The notes below the pieces were generated by a model. That model was not told the DNA's origin. It searched no databases and saw only the letters and a list, made by a program, of their open reading frames with translations. A DNA stretch of 64,000 nucleotides from Eledone cirrhosa (Eukaryota), in NCBI GenBank assembly GCA_964016885.1, contig OZ024742.1, forward strand, positions 30,442,001 through 30,506,000. The letters are read 5' to 3'. Shown here one piece after another: positions 37,051 through 48,972 of this stretch (the stretch's first letter is position 1; the number at the start of each line of letters is the position of its first letter). The position numbers were made by a program, and so were the translations under genes.

Positions 37051-37284
37051 CTGAAAAGGAGGAAAGAAGGAAGTAAAATATATTATATGACATAACTTCT
37101 GAATCAATATGCAGTGGGCATCATCAGCATCATCACCATCATCATTATCATCACTGCCACCATCATCATCATCATTATAAAATATATTGTTTCATGCTGA
37201 TATGATTAGGACAGAGCTGTAGGATTGACAGGTCAATTTCAAATAAAATAACAGATTTTCAGAAAGTAGCGAATCAAAACATGT

Positions 37285-37450
37285 GGTGATCTGTTCAACA
37301 CCAGACACATCCAGTCAATCTGATCTGCTCAACACCAGACACATCCAGTCAATATGATCTGCTCAACACCAGACACATCCAGTCAATATGATCTGTTCAA
37401 CACCAGATACATCCCTTCAATTTGATCTGTTCAACACCAGATACATCCAG
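37285..37450. repeat. 34-bp minisatellite, about 5 units
   Basis: TGATCTG(T/C)TCAACACCAGACACATCCAGTCAATA. Confidence 0.85.
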
Positions 37451-37542
37451 GAACCTAAAGATTGTGAAGTGAACCACTTAACAATTCAGCCAACCATGCA
37501 ATGTCTACAGTCTGTAGATGAAATATATAATGGATACCTTAC

Positions 37543-37729
37543 CTTCAGCTTGTACAGCATATGAGAGATGTAGCACCTCCAGGTGATCTCTCACTCTGTG
37601 TGGTTTTGTAGGTTTAAAGTGATGAATATCACAGAAAGGACAGTGCATTTTCCCATTACAGCAGTTCTCTGCTGTACACACGTCCAAAATGATGTCATCA
37701 TCCTTCGATATGATGCCACGCCGTTGAGA
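37543..37729 (-). CDS. Zinc-finger gene exon 2 (SQRRG...CTAENCCNGKMHCPFCDIHHFKPTKPHRVRDHLEVLHLSYAVQAE)
   Basis: TTCCAG acceptor, AAG|GTAAGG donor, 187 nt, phase 0 to 1. Confidence 0.85.
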
Positions 37730-38177
37730 CTGGAATGAAAACAAAAGAATATATTTATCATATTAACTCTTCTCATAGCAAACGACCTCTGGTCCCACAA
37801 TACAAACCTGTTTTTTCAAACTGTTTATATTTATCTAAAGATCTTGCAATGGATAGGCATTAATCAGTAGAGCTTTGCAGTATATAGTTACGGCCATTTA
37901 TGTTCCGAGTTCAAATCCCGAGATTAGCTTTGCCTTTCATCTTTACAGGGTTGATAAAATAAAGTACCAGTAATGAAATGAGGTAAATTTATCAACTTTC
38001 TCTCATAAATTATTGGCCATGTGCCTAAATCAGAAACCATTATTATTATCATTCTCAGGGCGGTGGTATTTAACTACTTTTTTTCCATGGGTTAGACGGG
38101 TTGTCATGTTATGAGACAAATCAGGTCAGGAGACCACATCGTGCTAATACAATATATCTATCTGTCTATATATATAT

Positions 38178-39243
38178 GTGGAGTTTAGTTAGAAATTCCA
38201 GGTACAAGTAGGAGTTTATCAGGGTTCGGTCCTCAGCCCACTCTTATTCATTATAATTCTCCAAGCCATAACAGAGGAGTTTAAAACTGGCTGCCCATGG
38301 GAACGTCTCTATGCTGACGATCTGGTACTTATAGCAGAATCAGTAAAGGAGCTAGAGAATAAATTCTGGCTATGGAAACAGCAGTTGGAATCAAGAGGAC
38401 TGAGAGTGAACCTAGCAAAGACTAAAGTGTTGATAAGTAGGAAAGAGGACAAAACTCTGATTCCATCAGGGAAATGGCCATGCTCGATATGTAGAATGTA
38501 CACAATGCAGATCTTGGGTACTCAAGAGGTGTAGTGGGATAGTAGGCAAACTAACAGGAAAGGAAAACTTCATATGTAGTAGATGTTTGTGGAAAATTGA
38601 TAGAAGTGTCAGTGATAGGCACATTTTTCAAATGCAGGTAGGATCTATAGAGGTAGTTGATAGATTCTGATATCTAGGTGATCAAATTAGCAAGAGAGGA
38701 GGATGCTCCAAGGTTATAGTATCTAGAATAAGGACAGGATGAAAAAGGTTTAGGGAGCTGCTTCCTCTGTTGACAACAAAAGGTTTCTCCCTCCGAAAGA
38801 AAGGTTGGTTGTATGAGATGCGCGATGCTGCATGGTAGTAAGATATGGGCAGCAACTGCGGAGGATATGCGAAGGCTGGAGAGAAATGAAACAAGCATGC
38901 TCCGATGGATGTGCAATGTCAATGTGCGTGAACGACCAAGCATGGACGAGTTGAGAATGAAAGTGTGTAATAAGAGGAATAAATTGTAGTGTGCAGGAGA
39001 GAAGACTGCGTTGGTATGGCCATGTGCCTAAATCATGGAAGATAACAGCGGGGTGAAGAAGTGCCAAGTAATCACAGTGGAAGGAAGACCACGAAAAACA
39101 TGGGCGGGAGTGGTGAGAGCTGACCTCAGATCGCTGAAGCTCAGAGAAGATGACGAAGGACCGTGACAAATGGAGAGATGTTGTGCTGAAGAAGACCCAA
39201 CCCACTGTTGCAAGCAAGGAAAAGCAGATGTAAAATGATGATG
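38178..39243 (+). mobile_element. Older, 5'-truncated RTE LINE copy
   Basis: Homologous to 8795-9893 with more deletions and stops; ends in ATGATGATG. Confidence 0.88.
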
Positions 39244-39525
39244 AACGGGGTGTTTAAAATACAATTGTACTTAAAACATTCAAACATGAATTGAATGAGG
39301 TACTCAATACGAGTCGGAAGAGTGTAAATTATATTTACTAAGTAGAACATTGACTGTGACTTCGACGTTTCAGCATGGTCACTTCATTCATCTGCAGCCA
39401 AATGAAGCAACCAAGCTGAAAAGCGGGAGGGACCGACAGGTGCTACACTCCAGCTTGTAAGGTATGTTTCAGCTGCACCCTTGGATAAAATAACGAAAGC
39501 ATTTGCGCAAGTCTCAGCCAATTTT

Positions 39526-39838
39526 CTAATAATGAAAATAATAGTAATGTATACATATATATACACAACCGTATAGTGGACGATAGTACTTCTACGATCT
39601 TCAGATATCTTGCTAGTTAAGGATGTCAAATAAAGACAGATATAAAAATACTCTCAGTATACACACACATATATATATATATCCCACAGGAAATATATAC
39701 TGAGTGTATTTTTATATTTGTCTTTAATTGACATCCTTAATTAGCCAGATATCTGAAGATCGTAGAAGTATCTCGTCCTCTATACGGATGTGTATATATG
39801 TACATATGTGTATACATAACTATCATTTTCATTATTAG
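39526..39838. mobile_element. About 310-bp foldback/MITE palindrome
   Basis: Arms about 39526-39662 and 39695-39838 (e.g. TACTTCTACGATCTTCAGATATCT / AGATATCTGAAGATCGTAGAAGTA). Confidence 0.8.
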
Positions 39839-40220
39839 TTACTGTAATTGGTAGTTACAAAGAACATTCTATACATATATATAAAGCAATTTGAAAGTAT
39901 GACCCGCGCGGCTAAGATCATATGTATGTATATATACGTAATCTTATCATTTAACTTTCGTTAAATGGTGATGATAATATTGTAAGAGTAGTTATATATA
40001 TATTCATGTATATCATTGATTTTCATGATTCTATGTTATGACATTGAAATGGTCTGCACTCGCTTCTATGCAACACACCATATATATATATATATATATA
40101 TATGGAGAGAGCGGGTGTAGAGTATTATATGCAATTAAAAGGAAACCAAGAATTTGTTTGTATTTTCAACTTCCACTATTGGTGCAAACAATGATAATAT
40201 ATAAAAACAATAATTGTTAC

Positions 40221-40244
40221 CGTTGAATTCTCTTCTTCACTCAT
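40221..40244 (-). CDS. Candidate first coding exon of the zinc-finger gene (MSEEENST)
   Basis: AACATGAG start, ACG|GTAACA donor, phase 0 matching exon 2; short, so tentative. Confidence 0.5.
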
Positions 40245-40599
40245 GTTCGGTCTTTAAGATACATATACATATGTACACGTATATATATATATATATACAC
40301 ACATATGTATATATAGAGATATATTGATATACCTCTCGTTGATTTTTAATATATTTATAAGAAATCACATTCACAAAACAGTTTAAACAATAATGGAACT
40401 CTCCTGTTAATTTTATTCCAAAAGGGAGATAATCCATGCTACTTTTGTGAATTTTGCTTATTAATTTATTAGTATGTTTTTATTAATCAATTCTTAACCT
40501 TGCTTAATTAATTATGGATCATGCCTAATTGTGTATCGTAGGCTATTTTTTTTTTCTTTTTTGGTAATGATTAATTAACGAGCATCCTAGTACTGTTGT

Positions 40600-41120
40600 A
40601 AGGTGGTAATACTGGTGCTAGGATAAATACTGATGCCACTACAAAATTCACCTAGTCCTATCTGTAAGGTGACAGTGCCGGTGCTATGGTAAAATACACA
40701 CAGTACACTTTGTAAGGTAAATGTGCTGGAGTCATAATAAAACACACCCAGTCCACCTTTTAATTAGTAATGTGCTAGTGCCATGACAAAGAGCACCCAG
40801 TCCAACCGCATAGGTGGTAGTATTAGTGCCTTGACAAAGAGCACCCAGTCCACCCTGTTAGGTGGTAGGTAGTGCTGGTGCCATTTCAAAGAGCACCCAG
40901 TCCACCCTGTAAGGTTGTAGTGTTAGTGCCATGACAAACAACACCCAGTCTACCCTGTAATGTGGTAGTGTTAGTGCCATGACAAACAGCACCCAGTCCA
41001 CTCTGTAAAGTTGTAGTGCTTTGATAAAATGTGCCCAGTTCACTCTATAAAATTGTAGTACTAGTGCCACAAAAAACCCCATCCAGTCCTTCCTGTAATA
41101 TGGTAAAATGCACCCAGTTT
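40600..41120. repeat. Degenerate about 50-bp tandem array related (reverse complement) to the SINE-internal unit of the 2.3-5.5 kb satellite
   Basis: Repeated GTGCCATGACAAAGAGCACCCAGTCCACCCTGTAAGGTGGTAG. Confidence 0.75.
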
Positions 41121-41618
41121 ATAATGATGATGGTGATGCAATATTTGTATGTATGTATGGTACCGTAACTCCCGGGGAAGTTGTAGCGGCACCGTATTAA
41201 TAAACGGCGTTTCTAGATCATTTAAAACTTGGCGGGGCCCATCTCCTCTCCAGGTCTGCAAACAATACATTTCTTCCAGAGAACGATAGAGAGTGAGAAA
41301 AAGATATAGAGGAAGAATCGACCTCAGTACTAGACTGGTACGTTTTTTTATCGACCTTGAATGGATAAAAGGCAAAGTTGACCTCGGCAGGATTTGAACT
41401 CAGACAGCAGAAAAATTAACATGGGTGCCGCCCACCAAATTTAAATCTGGCTGCGGTTACCAGAAGTAGCAGTTACAAATGTAATTTCGGTAACTTCTCA
41501 AGCAATATTTAACCATAACCCAAAACTAATTCACAATCAAATCAGTATATTCACAGTTACGTCCCTTGCTATTACAAAGCGAAAACTTTTTTAATTGATA
41601 TATATATACAAATATATA

Positions 41619-42200
41619 CTAGCTGACGTACCCAGCTTCGCCCGGGTAAACAGATAATAAGAGAAGACAGCTAGGAGAGAAAATGACTATATTGGATGTT
41701 TGAGGCGAGACCGTGGTGTGTGTGTAACAGTAAAAATATCTTCCAGATTCTTCGTTTTACTGTTAGTACGTAGTATATGAAGATTTCTAGGTGTTTCCAC
41801 TCGTGAACAAACTACATATAACTTCCCATGAGTAAAAAGCGATCTCTTGTATTCAATCCTACAACTTTGAAACTGAGCCTGAGCTTTATTTATTGTCATA
41901 GCAAAACTGGCTCTAACAGGGAACTGAAGTCTTGAAAATTTGAATGGTAGCTCGGTAGAGGAAGAGATAAGAGGAATCTTGGGAATAAATGCATTTTCTT
42001 CTTGATGATTGCCTCCAAGAATAGTGACCTCTAGGAGATATATCATCATTCTCCTGGCAGTAAAGTGTGTGCCATTGCATAGAAGTAGCAGGTCCACGTT
42101 TCTCAAAAGGATGATGGAAGTTCCAATATTTTATATCCTTTGGTTGAATTTTATTCCTAGAAAGTATGCCTTATCCTTAATTATATGTTAATTGTGCAAA
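41619..42200 (-). mobile_element. Helitron 3' portion with degraded Pif1 helicase fragment
   Basis: CTAG terminus at 41619-41622, hairpin ACCCAGCTTCGCCCGGGT, ORF LCNGTH...LQFPVRASFAMTINKAQ...HGKLYVVCSRV. Confidence 0.82.
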
Positions 42201-42399
42201 TAAAAGTGAATTATACAAAGCATATAAATAAATTTACAGTAGAATAACATAACAAATATGTTTTAAATATACATAAATAACATTACAAATGCTTAGATAA
42301 CATTATAAATTGCTCGTGATTCTTTCAGAAAGATATATTCTTTTAATGTTACAATATTAAAGAAAATGTAAAAGAAGGGATGAACAACGGAGCCAACAC

Positions 42400-42850
42400 C
42401 AGAGCAAAAGACAGCAATGTCGTGAGTACTGGGAAACCTTTCTAATGATTTTTGAGGCAAGCCAGCACACTCGCAGCGTTGCCTCGGGTGATGGTGAGGC
42501 TAATGCGCTGGAACAACGAAGCGCCCTCGCAAGATTCACCAGTTACCTCTATTAGGCGAGCCGCCAGTGAAGAGAGGAACCTCGCAGTGAGCGGCCCAAC
42601 TCCCCCAAACATCTTGAAAGCCACAGCTGAAAAATGTAGCTGGCCGACAGATAAGAGTATTTGAGAGTCTTACTCCACTTGGCTGCAGAAGCTGTGGCTC
42701 TCGCCCTAACTGCAGCATCCAGGATGTGGGAAGGAGCAAAAGAGTTACTAACAGTGACGTCCCAGACAAGGCACCTGCCTCTCAACCAGGAGCACAGGGT
42801 AAGGCCGTCAGGTTTTTTGCCGTCACTTCTGGACAACCCAGATGGTTCTA
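42400..42850 (-). mobile_element. 3' fragment of a CRE-like non-LTR retrotransposon (restriction-like endonuclease)
   Basis: EPSGLSRSDGKKPDGLTL...LVWDVTV...KY and LFQRISLTITRGNAASVL, with a frameshift. Confidence 0.8.
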
Positions 42851-43685
42851 AGATAGATATATATAGATAATTGTATATAAGTGTGTGTGTGTGTGTGTGT
42901 GTGTGTAAATCAGCGTCCGAATCATGTTTAATTCTCTGTGTATCTGATTAAGTATTTATGTGAAGATGTGTATGTATGTAACTTACTAAGGCGTAAACTA
43001 CATAACGAACGTGCAAACACACACACACTCAGATACATACGCACTCATAAACAAAATGTGAAATCATTGTCATGTTACAAAATATCCGTTTACTTATAGT
43101 TGTCTATAGTGGATTATTTTAGATAAAGTGTTATATTGTTTTAATCCAAATGAAAATAAAAAGTAGTACATAGAAATTGAATTAATATAAGAAAATATAT
43201 AACATTCAACTTATGACCATATATATATAGCCCACACTGTAAAGTGGTCATGACAAAAAGCACACAGCCCACACTGTAAATGTGGTTAGCATTAGGAAGA
43301 GCATCCAACCATAGAAAAACCAGTCAGAAACAGTCCTGTATGAGCGAGTCACGGTCACCCGATCCAACTTGCCTCTAATGGGACAAATCCATCTAACCCA
43401 TGCTTGGAAAATGGACGTTAAACGATGATAATGATGGTATATACTATATGTTATATATAGATATACTTCGTATTTTTCAAAATCCATGATGTGAAATTGT
43501 GTGTTGAAACAGATTTTGCTAAACTTTAGGAGGGTCATGCTGCCAATAAAAATACACGTACCAGTTGAGTTTTCACTTCCGGTTTTTATTATTGGTCAGG
43601 TAACTAATCTATTCAGCTTTTAGTTTAGTAACCAGGTGGTTATTTCATTATCAAAGCTTTTTCATCATACATTCTGCAACCTTTT

Positions 43686-43728
<43 letters not shown>

Positions 43729-44490
43729 ATTTAGCTCTAGACTTAGCTATTGACCAGTTAATTTTATTGTTCATTTTTTGTTGATTCTATTAAATGATGA
43801 ATAGCTCCTGTTTATTTTAACATGTCTATTGAGCACTCTTATTCGATATGTGATTTCCCACATTCCCGAATATCTTTCGCGGATATAGAGGTTATCTCCC
43901 TTGCTGGATTCCATGTGCGTTTTCAGCTAGGGTTGGCTTTTTTATTCGTTTGGACAAGGCCCGTTGATAAAGTATTTCCTGTCCGCCGCTCTCTAGAAGT
44001 CTTATGTATTTTTATGTGGGCTGATAGTGGGCGGTTTAAGGATTTACAGAAACCCAAGAAGCTAGATTTACCATCTTTCTAGTGGGTCCGGGTAAGCTTT
44101 TTACATTCATATGATTTATTGATTTATTGATATTTTATCTGAGTGACCCGAATCTTCCTGATCGTAATTTTTCGGTCGTATGGGTGATTTTAGACATAAT
44201 CTTTGTGTGTTGGTATTTTAACGATAGTTATAGCTCTGATTTATCTGAATTATTGAGCCCTCTGCCACTCATGTCGAATTTTGTTTATCGTGAACTCGTG
44301 CGCTGATTTTTCGATACTCGATTATTCTACTATATATATATATATATATACATATACATATGATTTTAATAATAATAATAATGAAATTATTGTGTACAGT
44401 GCTCAGGTGCACTACAAATCATCAAAGGTGCATGTATAATACATAGAATAATGTACAAATGTCAGGAAAATGAACAGTGTATGAGTCATG

Positions 44491-44493
<3 letters not shown>

Positions 44494-44538
<45 letters not shown>

Positions 44539-47500
44539 AATATTGTGTACAGTGCCCAGGTGCACCACAACTCATCAAAAAGTGCATGTACAGTACATAG
44601 GGCAATGCACAAACATCAGTAAAATGAACAGTGCACGAGTCATGATACACACGTGTGCATGTGTATGGAAGGGGTACATCAGGTGTAGTTTTGGCGTATT
44701 TCGGGAAGCATGAGTGTCTTAAAGGATGCAGTGTCTCGGCAGCTAACAACTGACGCAGGCAGTTTGTTCCATGCTTCAGCAACTCTGAGCGTGAAAAAAT
44801 GTCTATGAAAGTCATGGGAGCTGTGCTGTTTTCTGATTTTGTAGGCATGTCCACGTGTGTTAGACACATGGGGATCAAAAAGGTGCTCAGGGTTGCAATT
44901 GGCGAGATGGTTAATAACTTTGTGGGTATTCACCAAGTCCATTGCCAGACGTCGGAGCTTCAATGAATCCATGCCCAGGGAAGCAAGGCGTTCAGCGTAT
45001 GGTAGGTGTCTGATGGAGGGTATGCGCTTGGTTGCACGTCTCTGAACAGTTTCCAGGAGGTCAATATTCTGAGCAAGATAGGGGTTCCAGACTGATGATG
45101 CGAATTCCAAGTGTGGTCGTACCATAGCTGTATACAGCTTTAAATAGATGGCTGGAGAGCGGCTGACAAAGGTCTTGCTGAGTGATGCCAAGACACCCTC
45201 GGCCTTCTTGACAATCTTAGAGACATGCTTTGTCCAACGCAAATCGCTGCTGACAGTAATGTCCAGGTCACGTTCACAAGAGGACTTCTTGATATCAGTG
45301 TTGTGGAGGGAGTAGGTGGACGCTGGATTTTTCCTTCCAAAATGCATGGTGGTACACTTGTCCACAGCCAGCTTCAGTTGCCAGTTTGTGATCCATTGCT
45401 GCATTGTGTCCAGGTCTGATTGTAGGAAAGAGTTGTAAATTTCAGGATCAGTCCTTTTGATTTCAAGGTACAGCTTGATGTCATCTGCATATTTCAGTAC
45501 CGTAGCATTCTGTAAGTTGGCATCTATGTCATTAATATATGCCACAAACAAAAGGGGACCAAGAACAGATCGCTGTGGTACACCAGATGACATCTCATAT
45601 GGTGAGGAATGCTGTCCTAGAACCGTGACTACTTCTTTTCGGCTGAGAATGAAGGATTTCAACCATTCGAAAAGATCGTCCCTCACACCCATTGCAGAGA
45701 GTTTTGCCATAAGTCTTTTGTGTGGCACAGAATTAAAAGCCTTAGCAAAGTCAAGGTAAACAACATCCACCCATGAGCCGCTGTCAGTGATCCGGGTGAT
45801 GTCTTCAAGGAACTCGATAAGCTGATCACAGCAGCTGGAGTTAGGGATAAATCCAAACTGTGAGGGCCGGATGAGGCTGTGAGAGTTCCAGAAGTTCCAA
45901 AGTGTTTCTCTGACACAGGATTCCATCAGTTTGGCCATACAGCTAGTAAGACTGACTGGACGATAGTTGACAGGTGACATGCGGTTGCCCTTTTTGAACA
46001 GGGGAATGACACTGGCAGTTTTCCACTGCTCCGGAGTAGCACCATTGTTGAGACAGTATTCAAAGAAGAAAGAAAGCTGGCGCAAAAGGAAATACCCGCC
46101 ACATTTGAGAAGCAGGCATGTCACACCATCAAGACCAGGGGAGGCATAGTTGCGCTTATTCTTAAGGTGACGTCACAACATTGCAGGTGTAAATTCCGCA
46201 GGTGTAAATTCCATAGTTGTTATGGAATTTGATGTTAGAGATGGTGGAGATGGTACATTCTGGTTTTCAACAGTAAAAATACTTGCATAGCACTCAGCAA
46301 TGAGTTCTGCGCATTCTTTGGGATCGTCAGTGATCTGGCTTGTGTGGGGATTGCGAAGAGGACCAACTGGAGAGTGAGGTCTCTGCTTTGAATGAATATA
46401 TTTCCAGAACACCTTACTGTCAGGATTGGTTGCTATGCACTGTTCAAATTCAAGCACTGCCTTCTTTGTCACTTGCTTGAGATGGTTAGAAGATTTATTC
46501 CGCTTTTTCTGTTGGCATCTGATTTATGCAGTTTATATTCCCGTTCAGCGTTCCGACGTTCTTTCCTGGCAAGTCGGACCGCTGAAGTTTCCCAAATTGC
46601 ACTTTTGGGGTGGTTATTTTTCCGCTTACGTGGCACCGATGCTGCACACGCTATCCATATTGAGTCCAGGATGCTCTGGAGTATAGTGTTCACATCTCCA
46701 GAGTTATACATCTCATGCCAGTTTGGGCGCTGTAGCTCAGTGCAGTACAAGTTCCAATCCGCCCTCTTCCAATCAAAGCAAGCAGATTGGAGATGGCTCT
46801 GGTTTTTGTTGCTGCCCTCAAGTGCCAGATTGGCAATGATCATAGCATGATCAGAGTCACCTAGAGGTTCCTCAGTAGTACAACTGATAACCACTTCAAG
46901 AGTAGTGGTGAAGATCAGGTCCAAAGTGTTGTCACCTCTTGTTGGAGAGGTGACTACTTGTGACCAGTTTGAGTCCAGCACTAGTTCAAGAAAATCGTTT
47001 GCACCTTGTGGCCAACGAAAGGTTTCCCAATCGATCTCAGGATGATTGAAGTCCCCTGCAATAAACACATAAGTGGCTGTTTTCTTGGCAGCAACTCTGA
47101 GGATATCGCAAAGCTGTGTATCCTGATGGTAGTTTGGGGGGCGATAAACAACACCAAGCAGAAGTGTTGACATGGTCATACGTATGTCACAGAAAAAAAC
47201 TTCTTCCTGTGATTCGTTCAAATAAACGCAAGGAATTACCGATAAGTTTGAACGAACGTAGACCATCACACCACCACCACGGCGATTAATGCGGTCCTTG
47301 CGGAAAAGGTTGTACCCAGTAATGCTGAAAACGCCATCACAGAGTAAGGAATATGCCCATGTTTCTGTGACTGTGATGAAGTCAGGGTCGATGCTTCTGA
47401 CGTAGGATTCAAACAGATGTATCTTGTTGCATAAACTGCGAGCATTTAAGGACAACAATTTGCACCCTGCTCGCAGTTTATGATGGTGTGTAGAGGGTGG

Positions 47501-48972
47501 CAGGTTGTTCTGGTTTAGTTTCCCAGAGTTGTAGCAGTTTTTACATTGCCAGTTATTGTGGGTAGATCACACTCAGACCAGCTGGTATCTCTCTTCCACG
47601 TTTCACCAGCCTTAACAAACCTCCAGATCTGCCCATCATCACGCAGACTAAAACTTTCATGTTGTGCTGAGTTCCGATTCAAGGAAGCTGCAGCACGGAG
47701 CTTTGGACGTACATGGGGTGGTAGGCCTGGGCGTGTTCGGAAGGTAATCCGATTTTCACGCCCAGCTTTAACAGAGGCCAGATGGTATGAGGTTGCCTCA
47801 GCGGGGTCCGAAAAAGACAGCCTGATGAGTCTGGGTTTTGGACCAGGTCGACCAAGGCGGAGAGCACCCTTTGAGGGAACACAGCCTAGGTCTTTGGCTG
47901 AGCTGGCAGCAAATGTCTGAAGATCAGCCTTGTCCTCTGGTACCCCAATGGCAATCACTTTATGGGTAGCAGATTCCGCAGTCTTTTCAGTGTGGCCAGA
48001 TACGGCAAGAGGTACAGGGAGATTCTTTAGCAAGGCATTCCGATAAGACTCCTCATTGTGGGGTCCTACCCGAATGCTTGCCTTTATTCCTGTTACTTCC
48101 TTTCTTAAAGCAGAAATCATTAGTTGCAATTCTGCAAAATCTGTACTGGTCAGTTGTTGTTGTTGTTGCTGCTGTTGCTGTTGTTGTTGTTGTTGGTGGT
48201 GATGATGATGTTCCTCCACGAGAATGGTAGGGGAAGACACAGTCACAGGTTGTTGCTGCTGTTGCTGTTGTTGTTGGTGATGATGATGTTCCTCCACGGG
48301 AATGGTAGGGGAAGACACAGTCGCAGATTGTTGGTGTCGAGATGTACTGGGAGCGGAAGACATGGGTTGTTGTTGTTTCTGATGTTCTCCCACAGGAATA
48401 GCAGTAGAAGCCAGTGTCATAGGTTTTTGCCGTTGTTCAGTAACAATGGTAGAGGAAGGTACAGTCATTGGTTTTTGTTGTTGTTATTTTTCAATAACAT
48501 TAGTGGAGGCAGGCACACAGGCCAGGCACTGAAAGGACCAGGATTTTAGCTGGACCATCTCCCAAATTCCATCCATCATAGCATTATGATGTCTCTTTTT
48601 TGGGCCTGGGATCCTCTGGAAGCCTGTGGCGCATTGAAGGCCGACAGAGATGTGACAGGTTCCACATTCGACCCAGCGATTACGGAACGAGTTTTCGGGT
48701 TCCGCACAGATATGGCAGATGTGGTTTTCTGGGCAATGTTCTATTTTGGAACATCGACCAGTTTTGTCGCATATTTCATCGATGGATATCACCATGGCAA
48801 TTTTGTTATTTCTACCCATCCGTAGAAAAACACAGAATATAAACAATATAGGTTTAGCGCACGTGATTACGATAGAAATAAAATGTCTGTTTTTTGTTTT
48901 GTTTTTTTGTGTATTTTGTTTCCGTTTTCCTAAATGTTGTGTGTGTACAGAAGAGTCTGTGCATGTAAACAA
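44494..48972 (-). mobile_element. Near full-length CR1-clade LINE: ORF1 (PHD-like finger, Q/H-rich repeats; about 48819-47515) and ORF2 (APE + RT; about 47500-44679), (ATT)n tail
   Basis: LNARSL, VTETW, GGGV, VYRPP, GDFN, LDL, SDH endonuclease motifs; YLDFAKAF, GVPQ, YADD; C-terminal RGHAYK...FFTLRV..WNKLP; few lesions (ORF1 TAA at 48484, ORF2 frameshift near 46470-46500, TGA at 46173). Confidence 0.93.

Noticed and set aside
43730-44330. Unique-looking segment between (TA)n tracts
   Set aside because: No identifiable ORF, termini or second copy in the window; cannot be classified
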